DNA of 64,000 nucleotides, taken from Clostridium sp. CAG:609 (GTDB lineage: Bacteria; Bacillota_I; Bacilli_A; RF39; UBA660). Below the pieces are notes generated by a model. That model was not told the origin of the DNA. It made no database searches and saw nothing but the letters and a program-made list of their open reading frames with translations. Location: contig FR903540.1 of the NCBI GenBank assembly GCA_000438075.1, positions 14,086-78,085 on the forward strand. Reading direction: 5' to 3'. A program made the position numbers and the translations under genes. Of this stretch, positions 19,931-29,551 are shown piece after piece (position 1 is the stretch's first letter; the number at the start of each line of letters is the position of its first letter).

Positions 19931-22900
19931 TGATAGATGTTAGTAAATTTAAAGGTATTAAGGTAAGTATTGCATCACCAGAAAAGATACGTTCTTGGTC
20001 TTATGGTGAAGTTAAAAAACCTGAAACAATCAATTATCGTACCCTAAAACCTGAAAGAGATGGATTATTCTGTGAAAAGATTTTTGGACCAACTAAGGAT
20101 TTTGAATGTTCTTGTGGTAAGTACAAAAGATTAAGATATAAAAATATCGTATGTGACCGTTGTGGTGTTGAAGTAACACGTTCAAAGGTAAGAAGAGAAA
20201 GAATGGGGCACATTGAACTTGCTGCTCCTTGCTCTCACATATGGTTCTTTAAAGGTGTTCCTTCTAAAATGGGACTTGTCCTAGATATGTCTCCAAGAGA
20301 TTTGGAAGAAGTATTATATTTCGTAAGTTATGTAGTAATTGATCCTGGTAAAGCTCCTTTAGAAGTTAAACAAACTTTATCTGATAAAGAATATCGTGCT
20401 TATTATGAAAAGTATGGAAATACTTTCAAAGTAGGTATGGGTGCTGAAGCTATTAAAGAATTATTAAAACAAGTTGATATTGATAAAGAAGTTGAAGATT
20501 TACGAAAAGAACTTGAAAATACAACTGGGCAAAAAAGAATTCGTCTTGTTAAAAGACTTGATTGTTTAGTTGCATTCCAAGAATCTGGAAATAAACCTGA
20601 ATGGATGGTACTTGATGTGTTACCAGTTATTCCACCTGAACTAAGACCAATGATTCAACTTGATGGTGGTAGATTTGCAACTAGCGATTTAAATGATTTA
20701 TATCGTAGAATTATTAATAGAAATAATCGTTTAAAGAAATTACTAGAACTTGGTGCTCCAACTATTATTGTACAAAATGAAAAACGTATGCTTCAAGAAG
20801 CTGTTGACTCATTATTTGATAACGGTAGAAGAGGAAGAAGTATTACTGCTGCAAGTAATAGACCACTAAAGAGTTTATCTAGTATGTTAAAAGGTAAACA
20901 AGGACGTTTCCGTCAAAACTTATTAGGTAAGAGAGTTGACTATTCTGGTCGTTCTGTTATCGTTGTTGGACCAAATTTAAAGATGCATCAATGTGGTTTA
21001 CCAAAAGAGATGGCTATTGAACTATTCAAGCCACATGTAATAAATGGTATCGTTGAAAGAGGTTTAGCTCACAATATTAAAGGTGCTAAGAAATTAATTG
21101 AATCAAGAGATGAATCAATCTGGGATATTGTTGAAGATGTAATTACTGAACATCCAGTATTATTAAACAGAGCTCCGACATTACATAGACTTGGTATTCA
21201 AGCATTTGAACCAGTTTTAGTTGGAGGAAAAGCTATTAGATTACACCCACTAGTTTGTGCAGGATTTAATGCAGACTTCGATGGTGACCAAATGGCTATC
21301 CATATTCCTCTTTCTGAAGAAGCAAAAGCTGAAGCTAGAATATTAATGCTTAGTGCTAATAATATTTTGAATCCAAAAGATGGAAAACCAATCGTTACAC
21401 CAAGTCAAGATATGGTACTTGGTAACTGTTATTTAACTATTGAATATGCAGGGGAAGCTAACGAAGGTCACGTTTATAAAGACCCCAATGAAGCATTAAT
21501 GGCATATGAAAGAAAAGAAATAACTCTACATACAAGAATTGCTATTCCAGTTAATTCATTTAAATATAAATTATTTACTGATGAACAAAGAGGAAAATAT
21601 TTAGTTACAACTGTTGGTAAGTTAAAATTCAATGAAATATTACCTGATACATATCCATATGTAGAAGAAGGAACTAAAGCAAATATAGAAGGAGTTACTC
21701 CGGATAAATATTTCTTACCAATGGGTGCTAATATTCCTGAAGAAATTGCTAAAATGGAACTAGTTACTCCATTTGTTCAAAAAACTTTAGGTCAATTAAT
21801 TGCTCAAGTATTTAAAAGATATAAAACAACTGAAACATCTATTATGCTTGATAAATTAAAGAATTTAGGTTTCAAATATTCCACTATTGCTGGTATTACA
21901 GTATCTATTGCTGATGTTGTAAGAAGTAAACATAAAGAAGAAATAATTGATGCCGCTAAAGCTAAAGTAGATAAAATTAATAAACAATATCAAAGAGGTT
22001 TAATTACTGATCAAGAAAGATATCAAAGTGTTATTGAAGTTTGGACAAAAGCTACTGATGATGTTAAGAACGAACTTAAAGAAATCAGTGAAAATGACTT
22101 CGATAATCCATTATTCATGATGATGAACTCAGGTGCTCGTGGTAAGATTTCAAACTTTACCCAACTTGCTGGTATGCGTGGGTTAATGGCTAAACCTGAT
22201 GGTTCAACTGTAGAAATCCCAATTACATCATCATTTATTGAAGGCTTGTCTGTGTCTGAATTCTTCTTATCAACTCATGGTTCTCGTAAGGGAGATGCCG
22301 ATACAGCGTTAAGAACTGCAGACTCAGGATACTTAACAAGAAGACTTGTTGATGTTGCTCAAGATATAATTGTTAAAGATTATGATTGCGGTACTCATCA
22401 AGGACTTGTAGTATACGACTTACTTAATGAAAAAGATAACTCAGTTATTGAACCACTTGCTGAACGTATTTTAGGTAGATTTGCATCTAAGAGAATAGTT
22501 AATCCAGAAACAAAAGAAGTTATTGTTGAAGCTGGAGAATTAATTAACGAAAATGCTGTTATCAAAATTACTAAAGCTGGTATTAAAAAGGTTGAAATTA
22601 GAAGCGTTCTAACATGTAAGGCACAAAATGGTGTTTGTCAAAAATGTTATGGACGTAACCTTGCAACTGGTAACTTGGTTGAAAAGGGTGAAGCTGTTGG
22701 TATTATGGCTGCTCAATCAATTGGTGAACCAGGTACCCAACTTACAATGCGTACATTCCACACCGGTGGTGTTGCATCAGGTGATGATATTACTCAAGGT
22801 CTTCCAAGAGTTGAAGAATTATTTGAAGCACGTATTCCAAAAGGAAAAGCTACTATTGCGGAAGTATCTGGTAAAGTTATAGGTATTGAAGAAAACAATG

Positions 22901-23625
22901 GTAAACATACAATTACTATTGAAAACGAAGCAGGTTGTAGAGAACACGTTACAAATTACAACATGAAAGTTAGAGTATCTATCGGAGATGTTGTTGAAGC
23001 TGGTGATAAATTAACTGAAGGTGTTATTTCACCTAAGGAATTACTTGCTGTAACAGATCCACTTACTGCTCAAGAATATATTTTGAAAGAAGTTCAAAAA
23101 GTTTATAAATTACAAGGTGTTGATATTTCAGATAAACACATTGAAATTATTTGTAAACGTATGATAAATAAGGTAAGAATTACTGATGCTGGAGATACAG
23201 ACTTTGTCGAAGGTCTTGCAGTATCACTAAGAGAATTTACTGAAGGAAATAAACCTGTCATTATGGCTGGTGGAACTCCTGCAAAAGGTAATCCAATAAT
23301 GCTTGGTATTACTAAGTCATCACTAGAAACTGATTCATTCTTATCTGCTGCATCATTCCAAGAAACAACTAGAGTTTTAACTGATGCTGCAATTCATGGA
23401 AAAGTTGATAAATTACAAGGTTTAAAAGAAAATGTTATTATTGGTAAGTTAATACCTGCTGGTACAGGATATAGTCAATATAATAATATTGGAATTGAAC
23501 TTGAAAAGGATTTATTAAGTGATGATGCTCAAGAAGTTCTTGAAGAGAAATTGATGGATAATGATGATTTAGCTGATGATGTTGATATTGAAACTAAAGA
23601 AGTTATTGAAGAAGATGCTGAATAA
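19930..23625 (+). CDS. rpoC: DNA-directed RNA polymerase subunit beta'
   Basis: 1231 aa; [10 protein letters not shown] catalytic loop; zinc-binding CxC...CxxC near the N-terminus; TAATG overlap with rpoB. Confidence 0.98.
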   Translation: MIDVSKFKGIKVSIASPEKIRSWSYGEVKKPETINYRTLKPERDGLFCEKIFGPTKDFECSCGKYKRLRYKNIVCDRCGVEVTRSKVRRERMGHIELAAPCSHIWFFKGVPSKMGLVLDMSPRDLEEVLYFVSYVVIDPGKAPLEVKQTLSDKEYRAYYEKYGNTFKVGMGAEAIKELLKQVDIDKEVEDLRKELENTTGQKRIRLVKRLDCLVAFQESGNKPEWMVLDVLPVIPPELRPMIQLDGGRFATSDLNDLYRRIINRNNRLKKLLELGAPTIIVQNEKRMLQEAVDSLFDNGRRGRSITAASNRPLKSLSSMLKGKQGRFRQNLLGKRVDYSGRSVIVVGPNLKMHQCGLPKEMAIELFKPHVINGIVERGLAHNIKGAKKLIESRDESIWDIVEDVITEHPVLLNRAPTLHRLGIQAFEPVLVGGKAIRLHPLVCAGFNADFDGDQMAIHIPLSEEAKAEARILMLSANNILNPKDGKPIVTPSQDMVLGNCYLTIEYAGEANEGHVYKDPNEALMAYERKEITLHTRIAIPVNSFKYKLFTDEQRGKYLVTTVGKLKFNEILPDTYPYVEEGTKANIEGVTPDKYFLPMGANIPEEIAKMELVTPFVQKTLGQLIAQVFKRYKTTETSIMLDKLKNLGFKYSTIAGITVSIADVVRSKHKEEIIDAAKAKVDKINKQYQRGLITDQERYQSVIEVWTKATDDVKNELKEISENDFDNPLFMMMNSGARGKISNFTQLAGMRGLMAKPDGSTVEIPITSSFIEGLSVSEFFLSTHGSRKGDADTALRTADSGYLTRRLVDVAQDIIVKDYDCGTHQGLVVYDLLNEKDNSVIEPLAERILGRFASKRIVNPETKEVIVEAGELINENAVIKITKAGIKKVEIRSVLTCKAQNGVCQKCYGRNLATGNLVEKGEAVGIMAAQSIGEPGTQLTMRTFHTGGVASGDDITQGLPRVEELFEARIPKGKATIAEVSGKVIGIEENNGKHTITIENEAGCREHVTNYNMKVRVSIGDVVEAGDKLTEGVISPKELLAVTDPLTAQEYILKEVQKVYKLQGVDISDKHIEIICKRMINKVRITDAGDTDFVEGLAVSLREFTEGNKPVIMAGGTPAKGNPIMLGITKSSLETDSFLSAASFQETTRVLTDAAIHGKVDKLQGLKENVIIGKLIPAGTGYSQYNNIGIELEKDLLSDDAQEVLEEKLMDNDDLADDVDIETKEVIEEDAE

Positions 23626-23651
23626 GCATCTTTTTGTATGTAAAAAAATGT

Positions 23652-23683
23652 ACACTTTACATTCATTGTGTAAAGTGTTTTTT
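23652..23683 (+). terminator. rho-independent terminator after rpoC
   Basis: 10-bp perfect stem ACACTTTACA/TGTAAAGTGT, 7-nt loop, TTTTT. Confidence 0.8.
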
Positions 23684-23712
23684 GAAACTTTTGTCGACGT
23701 TTGTCGAACTGC

Positions 23713-23740
23713 TTGCATATTTAGAAAATAACTATATAAT
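23713..23740 (+). promoter_or_regulatory. putative promoter of the two orphan ORFs
   Basis: TTGCAT (23713-23718), 16-nt spacer, TATAAT (23735-23740). Preceded by the tandem TTGTCGA(C/A) motif. Confidence 0.4.
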
Positions 23741-23766
23741 AGCGTCTTTGAAGGGAGGTGATTAGC

Positions 23767-24066
23767 TTGGAAGTCTATAAGCTTGCTAATGGCCTAAGGT
23801 ATAGAAACATAGAAATTGTTTATAGAATCTTCTCTGATAAGAAGTTACTGACTTTGTTTATCAATGATTTTTTTGATTTCATTGGTAGAGATATTCACGT
23901 GTCTTTAAATGATGTTTTAAAAATTGAATTACCAAGAAATTGTCATGAAGTTCAAGAATTATGCAATATAATTTTAACTTTTGATGGAGTTGATCGTATA
24001 ACTTTGACCATGGCAGGAAGATATCGCTTTGATATGAGAAATGTCAAAATTAAGCATTTGGTTTGA
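23767..24066 (+). CDS. hypothetical protein (orphan)
   Basis: Open frame from 23758. TTG at 23767 follows RBS GGGAGG. No recognisable motif. Confidence 0.45.
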   Translation: MEVYKLANGLRYRNIEIVYRIFSDKKLLTLFINDFFDFIGRDIHVSLNDVLKIELPRNCHEVQELCNIILTFDGVDRITLTMAGRYRFDMRNVKIKHLV

Positions 24067-24077
24067 AAGGAATGGTG

Positions 24078-24374
24078 ATGAATGTGGACATAACTACAAT
24101 CAGAAATGTTATCACTTTCGAAAGAGCGTCTGAATTATATGAAAAATTCAAAGATAAGTATTACTTTATTGATTTTTTAAACAAAGAATTAATACGAAGT
24201 AAAGTAGGTTTTATTATAACAGATGGCATAATAAGGTGTCACAAAGATTTAAATTTAAACAAAACAAGTGAACTTGGAGATGTTTCTTATTATGTTGATG
24301 AAAGTTTCTTTGGATTTGAATTCTTTGATTCTTTCAGAGTAGCAATAACTGATTTAAAATACGAAGCATACTAA
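24078..24374 (+). CDS. hypothetical protein (orphan)
   Basis: Track ORF starts at 24063. ATG 24078 lies 6 nt after AAAGGA. Stop/start region overlaps the previous ORF. No recognisable motif. Confidence 0.45.
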   Translation: MNVDITTIRNVITFERASELYEKFKDKYYFIDFLNKELIRSKVGFIITDGIIRCHKDLNLNKTSELGDVSYYVDESFFGFEFFDSFRVAITDLKYEAY

Positions 24375-24417
24375 ATAAAGGTTTAATGCCTTTATTTATA
24401 CAGAAAGGATGAGTAAA

Positions 24418-25563
24418 ATGATTATATATAAAGCATACAAATTTAGAATGGACCCAACTTTAGAACAAAAGCGTTTAATTAATCAAAATCTTGGTTCAGT
24501 TAGATTTATTCATAACCACTTTTTAGAAGAAAAAATCAAAACTTATGAAACTTATAAAAGAGTAGTTAGTCCATATTTGCAAATGAAGTCTCTAAGGAAA
24601 CTTAAAGATGAATATCCTTGGCTTAAAGAAGTTGATCATTGCTCTTTGATGACTACAATCTTTAATCTAGATGATACATTTAAATCTATGATTAAAGAAG
24701 GCAAATATCCTAATTATAAAAGTAAGTACAATAAAGAATCATACACAACTAATAATGAACTAAAAACGTGGGGTAATATAAAATATTATAGTGTTCGTCT
24801 TAATTTGAAAGACAGAATAGTCATTTTACCAAGGCTTAAAAGTGTGACAATTCGCGGATATAAAAAACTTTCCAGCATCAACGGAAAAATAAAGTCTGCA
24901 ACTGTGTCTAAGGTTGCTAATAAATTTTATGTCAGTTTGCTCGTAGAAATGTCCATCGAAGTTCCTGAAAACAAATGTGAAAAAATCTTAGGTATAGACT
25001 TAGGTATAAAAAATTATATAGTAACAAGTGATGGTAAAAAATATAAAAATGAAATCAACATTAATGAACAACGATTAAAAGGATTGCACCGTGCCTTATC
25101 TAGATCTACCAAAGGAAGTAGAAATCGTGAAAAAGTTATTATTAAGATTCAAAAGTTTTACCGAAGCTTAAAAAACAAACGAAAAACTCAAATTTGTGAG
25201 ATTGTTAAAAGAATCTTACAAGAGAATGATGTCGTTGTAACTGAGGACTTGGATGTAAAAAAAATGTATCAAACCAAGAGTATTGCAGTCAAGCTTAGGG
25301 ATGTTCCATTTACTAATTTTATAGAAACTATGTCATATAAGGCTAAGTGGCAAGGAAAGAAAGTTATTAAAATTGATAGATATTTTCCAAGTAGCCAAGT
25401 TTGTAGTGATTGTGGATATCAAAATAAAACACTCAAAGATTTAAGTGTTCGTGAATGGATTTGCCCGAAGTGTTACGCACATCATGATAGAGATATAAAC
25501 GCAAGTATAAACATAAAAAACGAAGGAATTAAAATTTTATTAAAGCAGTTGAACTTATATTAA
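24418..25563 (+). CDS. tnpB: TnpB RNA-guided endonuclease (OrfB_IS605 + Zn ribbon)
   Basis: N-terminal YKAYKFRMDPT..EQ. RuvC triad candidates GIDLGIKN, VVTEDLD, HDRDINASINI. Zn ribbon CSDCG...CPKC. Confidence 0.9.
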   Translation: MIIYKAYKFRMDPTLEQKRLINQNLGSVRFIHNHFLEEKIKTYETYKRVVSPYLQMKSLRKLKDEYPWLKEVDHCSLMTTIFNLDDTFKSMIKEGKYPNYKSKYNKESYTTNNELKTWGNIKYYSVRLNLKDRIVILPRLKSVTIRGYKKLSSINGKIKSATVSKVANKFYVSLLVEMSIEVPENKCEKILGIDLGIKNYIVTSDGKKYKNEININEQRLKGLHRALSRSTKGSRNREKVIIKIQKFYRSLKNKRKTQICEIVKRILQENDVVVTEDLDVKKMYQTKSIAVKLRDVPFTNFIETMSYKAKWQGKKVIKIDRYFPSSQVCSDCGYQNKTLKDLSVREWICPKCYAHHDRDINASINIKNEGIKILLKQLNLY

Positions 25564-25680
25564 ATTGAAAAATAATAAATTAATTAAACAAAAAATAAGT
25601 AGGGTTGGCAGAATCCGAATCTGGTCTGTGGAGGGAGAAATCCCTATGAAACAGAAAAGCTCTTTCGTGAGAAAGAGCAA
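25480..25680 (+). ncRNA. candidate omega (re)RNA scaffold of TnpB; extent uncertain
   Basis: The 3' end of tnpB and the downstream 115 nt contain GGGA-GAAA-TCCC (25633-25644) and GCTCTTTC-GTGA-GAAAGAGC (25659-25678), two GNRA-capped hairpins. The second hairpin could instead be the capA terminator on the minus strand. Confidence 0.35.
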
Positions 25681-25686
25681 CATTAT

Positions 25687-26916
25687 TTAAGGTAGGGGGG
25701 CTATATTTAGTTCCGTTCCCATACTAGTAAGAACTTTAGAATATTTCTCATACAATCGTCTATAGTCTTTTAAATATCTATCGTCATTCATCATTGAGAA
25801 CGGAATTACAGTATGGTCATAATGAACTGCAGTGGTTGTGGGATTTCCAGTATATTTAGTAAAAATAAGTTCGCCCCCAAGGTTTGAAATTTCTATTTTG
25901 CTACTATTATCTGGATTTACAGTTTTAGTTATATCAAGAGTGGCCATAAAGCCAATTAATTTGTTCCAATCACCATTTGAACCACCATATTGGTTTGAAA
26001 TAAAGTTTCCTAAAGAGTACATAACTATTGTATTATTGATTTTTGTGATTGGTTGTAATATGTGTGGGTGATTTCCAATTATAATATCCACGCCTAGACT
26101 TGATAGATAATTCGCAATTTCGGTTTGTTCTTTATTCGGAGTATTTTGATACTCGACTCCCCAGTGCATGGCGACTATAAGTATATCGACTTTATCTCGT
26201 ACAGCCTCAATATCTTTCTTAACTTGTTCTTTATCATAAAGGTTAAGAAGATAACTTTTGCCAGATGGAACATGAAGTCCGTTTGTTAAGGTTGTATAAG
26301 ATAACATAGTGTAAGTTATATTATTTTTCTCTTTAATGATAAAATTATTTCTATTATCTTCTGAATCACTCATTCCGTTGTATAATAGGTTAGTTCCTTT
26401 AAAATACTTTACGGTATTAAGTATACCTTTTTCACCCTTATCAAGAGAATGGTTCGAAGCAAGAGATACGGTATTAAAGCCTGCATCCTTCATAGCGTCG
26501 ACATAAGCACTTGGGGTGTAAAACATTGGGTACCCAGAATATGCAATTGATGCATCTCCTGTTGGTGTTTCTTGATTATAATATGCTATATCATATTTTT
26601 TAACAATATCCTTAACATATTTCAAAGCATCGGTAAAATCATAAACACCATAACCTTTATCGTAAGAACGGTATATTACACTATGTATTAGCCCATCGCC
26701 AGTTGCAAGGAGACTAATCTTATATTCTTCAGGAACTTTTTCCTTTGGTTCTTTTAAATTCTTATTATTAAATACTTTATTAATTGGTGAATCTTTAATA
26801 CTTCCTTTGTTGCCGAAGTGTTTGTATCCTTCATATCCAGCTAAAGCTATCATACCAATCAATAGCAAACATATAATTTTGCGAATAATTTTTTTCTTAA
26901 CTTTTCTTCTTGCCAT
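25687..26916 (-). CDS. CapA-family (PGA-synthesis CapA/metallophosphatase-like) membrane-anchored protein
   Basis: 409 aa; N-terminal TM anchor; MHWGVEYQ and GNHPHILQP motifs typical of the CapA family. Confidence 0.8.
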   Translation of the reverse strand: MARRKVKKKIIRKIICLLLIGMIALAGYEGYKHFGNKGSIKDSPINKVFNNKNLKEPKEKVPEEYKISLLATGDGLIHSVIYRSYDKGYGVYDFTDALKYVKDIVKKYDIAYYNQETPTGDASIAYSGYPMFYTPSAYVDAMKDAGFNTVSLASNHSLDKGEKGILNTVKYFKGTNLLYNGMSDSEDNRNNFIIKEKNNITYTMLSYTTLTNGLHVPSGKSYLLNLYDKEQVKKDIEAVRDKVDILIVAMHWGVEYQNTPNKEQTEIANYLSSLGVDIIIGNHPHILQPITKINNTIVMYSLGNFISNQYGGSNGDWNKLIGFMATLDITKTVNPDNSSKIEISNLGGELIFTKYTGNPTTTAVHYDHTVIPFSMMNDDRYLKDYRRLYEKYSKVLTSMGTELNIAPLP

Positions 26917-26918
26917 AA

Positions 26919-27293
26919 CTAATCCTTATTTAATAAATCATATACTTCATCTTTGGATAGTCTGTGCACTTTGTGCATGAAATCCGGTAACAAGTGTAAG
27001 TGTATATGTTTTATTGCTTGGGCATCTCCGTAATTTATGAGAAATGTTAAAGCATTTTTATCTAGTTTCGTCATTAGTTTTTTAGTAATTACTTTTCCTA
27101 CATTAAACATTTTATCTAAAATATCACTTGGTACTTCATAAATATCATCATAGTGTTTTTTAGGTATGACAAGTACATGTCCATCAGTATCTGGAAAAGC
27201 ATCTAGCATTGCTAATATATCATCATCTTCGTACACAATTTTTGCAGGTACTTCCTTTCTTACAATTTTACAAAATAAACATTCATCCTTCAT
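26919..27293 (-). CDS. HIT-family nucleotide hydrolase/transferase
   Basis: 124 aa; histidine triad HIHLHLLP; N-terminal CLFCKI. Confidence 0.9.
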   Translation of the reverse strand: MKDECLFCKIVRKEVPAKIVYEDDDILAMLDAFPDTDGHVLVIPKKHYDDIYEVPSDILDKMFNVGKVITKKLMTKLDKNALTFLINYGDAQAIKHIHLHLLPDFMHKVHRLSKDEVYDLLNKD

Positions 27294-27375
27294 TTATATC
27301 ACCACTTTAAGTATATCAAATTCTATGTACTTTTGCAAAATATTTTGCATATACTTAATTAGGAGTGTGATAAAT

Positions 27376-27915
27376 ATGTCTAGTTTCAAAGAAATCGTTA
27401 CAAAAGCAGTCATTGGCAAAGCTAAAAAAACAAACAATGCAAATTTTTTGTTAACCCCTGAAGAAAAACCAAACACAATCTTGGGTTGCTGGGTTATAAA
27501 TCATTCATTTAACGGATTAAAAGGACAAAATGGTCAAGTCGTAGTAAATGGTTCATTTGATGTTAATGTTTGGTACTCATTTGATGATGATAAAAAAACT
27601 GCAGTTACAACAAAAAACTTTTCGTATAGTGACAAGATGAATGTACCTCTTAGAAATGATGGAAACATGAATAATGCTAGTGAAATTATTGTTCGTTGCC
27701 TAAAACAGCCTACGGTATCTAACGTGTTTATTGAAAATGACCAAGTAAAGCTTGATATTGAAAAAGAAATGGGTGTTGAAATTGTAGGGGATGCAAAAGT
27801 TAAAGTAAGTGTAGAAGATGATTATGATGATTATGATGAAATAGTGGATGATGAAGTTGATAATGTTGATGATGTAATAGATAATATCGATGATAATTAC
27901 TTAAACAACAATTAA
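27376..27915 (+). CDS. cotE: outer spore coat morphogenetic protein CotE homolog
   Basis: MSSFKEIVTKAVIGKAKK...ILGCWVINH...DVNVWYSF... parallels B. subtilis CotE (MSEYREIITKAVVAKGRK...ILGGWIINH...DINVWYSY). Acidic C-terminal tail. The track ORF (from 27166) is over-extended antisense to the HIT gene. Confidence 0.75.
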   Translation: MSSFKEIVTKAVIGKAKKTNNANFLLTPEEKPNTILGCWVINHSFNGLKGQNGQVVVNGSFDVNVWYSFDDDKKTAVTTKNFSYSDKMNVPLRNDGNMNNASEIIVRCLKQPTVSNVFIENDQVKLDIEKEMGVEIVGDAKVKVSVEDDYDDYDEIVDDEVDNVDDVIDNIDDNYLNNN

Positions 27916-27965
27916 AGTCACCTTTATGGTGATTTTTTTAAAATTAAAATAGAAAGGGATGTAAT

Positions 27966-28304
27966 ATGACAAAGAAAAAAATAACAAATCATGCGAAATA
28001 TACAATAAGACAAAGACTTGGAATTATTAAAAATCACAACGGATTAATTCAAAACGTTGAAAAATATGGGAAAAACATCACATATTATCAAGGTGACTTT
28101 CGTAAATATTTAAATCATAAACTTCGTAAGAAAAACATCAAAATTAAAGTATACAACGAAAGTATTTATATTTTTAACAAAACCAACAAAAAATTAATTA
28201 CTGTTTATCCCGTTTTGCCAAAGTATTTTCCATCAACAAATTATGAAGTAACAAGTTCATTTATTGATTCTTTTGACTCTCAAGATTATTCTGTTCATTG
28301 TTAA
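27966..28304 (+). CDS. small basic hypothetical protein
   Basis: 112 aa; RBS AAAGGGATG upstream; no secure motif. Confidence 0.5.
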   Translation: MTKKKITNHAKYTIRQRLGIIKNHNGLIQNVEKYGKNITYYQGDFRKYLNHKLRKKNIKIKVYNESIYIFNKTNKKLITVYPVLPKYFPSTNYEVTSSFIDSFDSQDYSVHC

Positions 28305-28367
28305 TTTGCTAATTTCTATTTACTTTTAATAATAAATAATTTATAATTGAGTAAAGTGGAGGAAAAA

Positions 28368-28502
28368 ATGAAAGACAAGAAAAAAATATTTCTTATAGGT
28401 GGGGTTATATTAGGTGTAGTTATTTTAGTAGTAGCAGCGATACTTCTTACAAGTGGAAGCAATAAAACAAAATCCAATGATGCAATTAAAACTAACTATT
28501 AG
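28368..28502 (+). CDS. 44-aa single-TM micro-protein (absent from ORF track)
   Basis: MKDKKKIFLIGGVILGVVILVVAAILLTSGSNKTKSNDAIKTNY; RBS GTGGAGG lies 7 nt upstream. Confidence 0.4.
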   Translation: MKDKKKIFLIGGVILGVVILVVAAILLTSGSNKTKSNDAIKTNY

Positions 28503-28806
28503 CTTAAAAATGGATATGATAAGTAGACACTATGTTTAGGTATTAACATTTACTTACAAATATGTAATTTTAAAAAATTACACTTTAATACCTATCACAG
28601 ATACGTTTATAAATCACAACAAAAAGTATATTATATACAATTATAAAGATTGTTTTGAAGAAGACTTAATAATTTAGTTGAATAAATTAAAAGGAGAGTA
28701 TAAACTTACTTTCCTTTTTCCTTGTTTTTGTAAAAATTTTGATTAAGTACTAGTAATATTTAATGTTTTTTGGTAAAATTATGATTATAGGAAAGTGGTG
28801 AATAAA

Positions 28807-29547
28807 ATGTTTTTAGGTGAAAATCCAATACACATTGAAGTTAAAGACAAAAGTGATATAGCACAATTAGTGTTGATGCCAGGGGACCCATTAAGGGCAA
28901 AATATATTGCAGAAAATTTCTTGGATGATGTAAAATGCGTAACAAGTGTTAGAAATATGCTTGGATTTACTGGCTTTTATAAAGGAAAAAAGGTTACAGT
29001 AATGGGTTCTGGTATGGGTATGCCAAGTATGGGTATCTATGCTTTTGAATTATTCCATTATTTTAATGTTGAAAAAATTATTAGAATTGGTACATGTGGT
29101 GCAGTAAGTCCGAAGGCAAATATTAATGATATGATTTTAAGTGATAAAGTTTATAGTGAATCAAATTTTGCTTATACTTTTAATAATTATCGCGAAAGAA
29201 TTGTTGTCGCTGATCCTTCACTAAACAAAAGTGTAATGGAAGCTGCAAATGAACTTAGTTTAAATGGTAATCTTCATGTTGGAATGCTTACAACTATGGA
29301 TGTTTTTGGTCCATATATTGATTTTGAAAGAGTTCTTGGAAGAATTCCCAAAAATTTAGATATTCTTGGTGAAGAAATGGAGGCTTTTGGTTTAATTCAT
29401 ATAGCAAATAGTATGGGAAGAAAAGCAACTGCAATTGCAACAGTAGTTGATTCTAAATATAGCAATGTTGTTTTAACAATTGAACAAAGACAAACATCAT
29501 TAAATAATATGATTAAGCTTGCCCTTGAAGCAATAATAAAGGAATGA
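28807..29547 (+). CDS. deoD: purine nucleoside phosphorylase, DeoD type
   Basis: LMPGDPLRAKYIAE, GFTG.YKG..V.VMGSGMGMPS; near-colinear with E. coli DeoD. Confidence 0.9.
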   Translation: MFLGENPIHIEVKDKSDIAQLVLMPGDPLRAKYIAENFLDDVKCVTSVRNMLGFTGFYKGKKVTVMGSGMGMPSMGIYAFELFHYFNVEKIIRIGTCGAVSPKANINDMILSDKVYSESNFAYTFNNYRERIVVADPSLNKSVMEAANELSLNGNLHVGMLTTMDVFGPYIDFERVLGRIPKNLDILGEEMEAFGLIHIANSMGRKATAIATVVDSKYSNVVLTIEQRQTSLNNMIKLALEAIIKE

Positions 29548-29551
29548 TTTT

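Larger units (their letters stand above)
24375..25685 (+). mobile_element. TnpB-only IS200/IS605-family (IS1341-like) element; boundaries approximate
   Basis: Intact tnpB with no tnpA. Hairpin ATAAAGG-TTTAATG-CCTTTAT lies at 24375-24395 (possible left-end hairpin or ORF terminator). Structured 3' region ends near 25680. Confidence 0.5.

Noticed and set aside
23652-23683. The rpoC-downstream hairpin as the left-end hairpin of the TnpB element (which would place the two orphan ORFs inside the IS)
   Set aside because: It has a perfect 10-bp stem followed by a T5 run in the rpoC orientation, which fits an intrinsic terminator. A separate hairpin lies directly upstream of tnpB (24375-24395). The IS boundary remains unresolved but is more likely the proximal one.
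27166-27375. N-terminal 70-aa extension of the CotE ORF given in the track, and the antisense ORF 27294-27476
   Set aside because: The extension runs antisense through the HIT gene and the intergenic promoter region. The CotE alignment and the RBS AGGAGTG point to ATG 27376.
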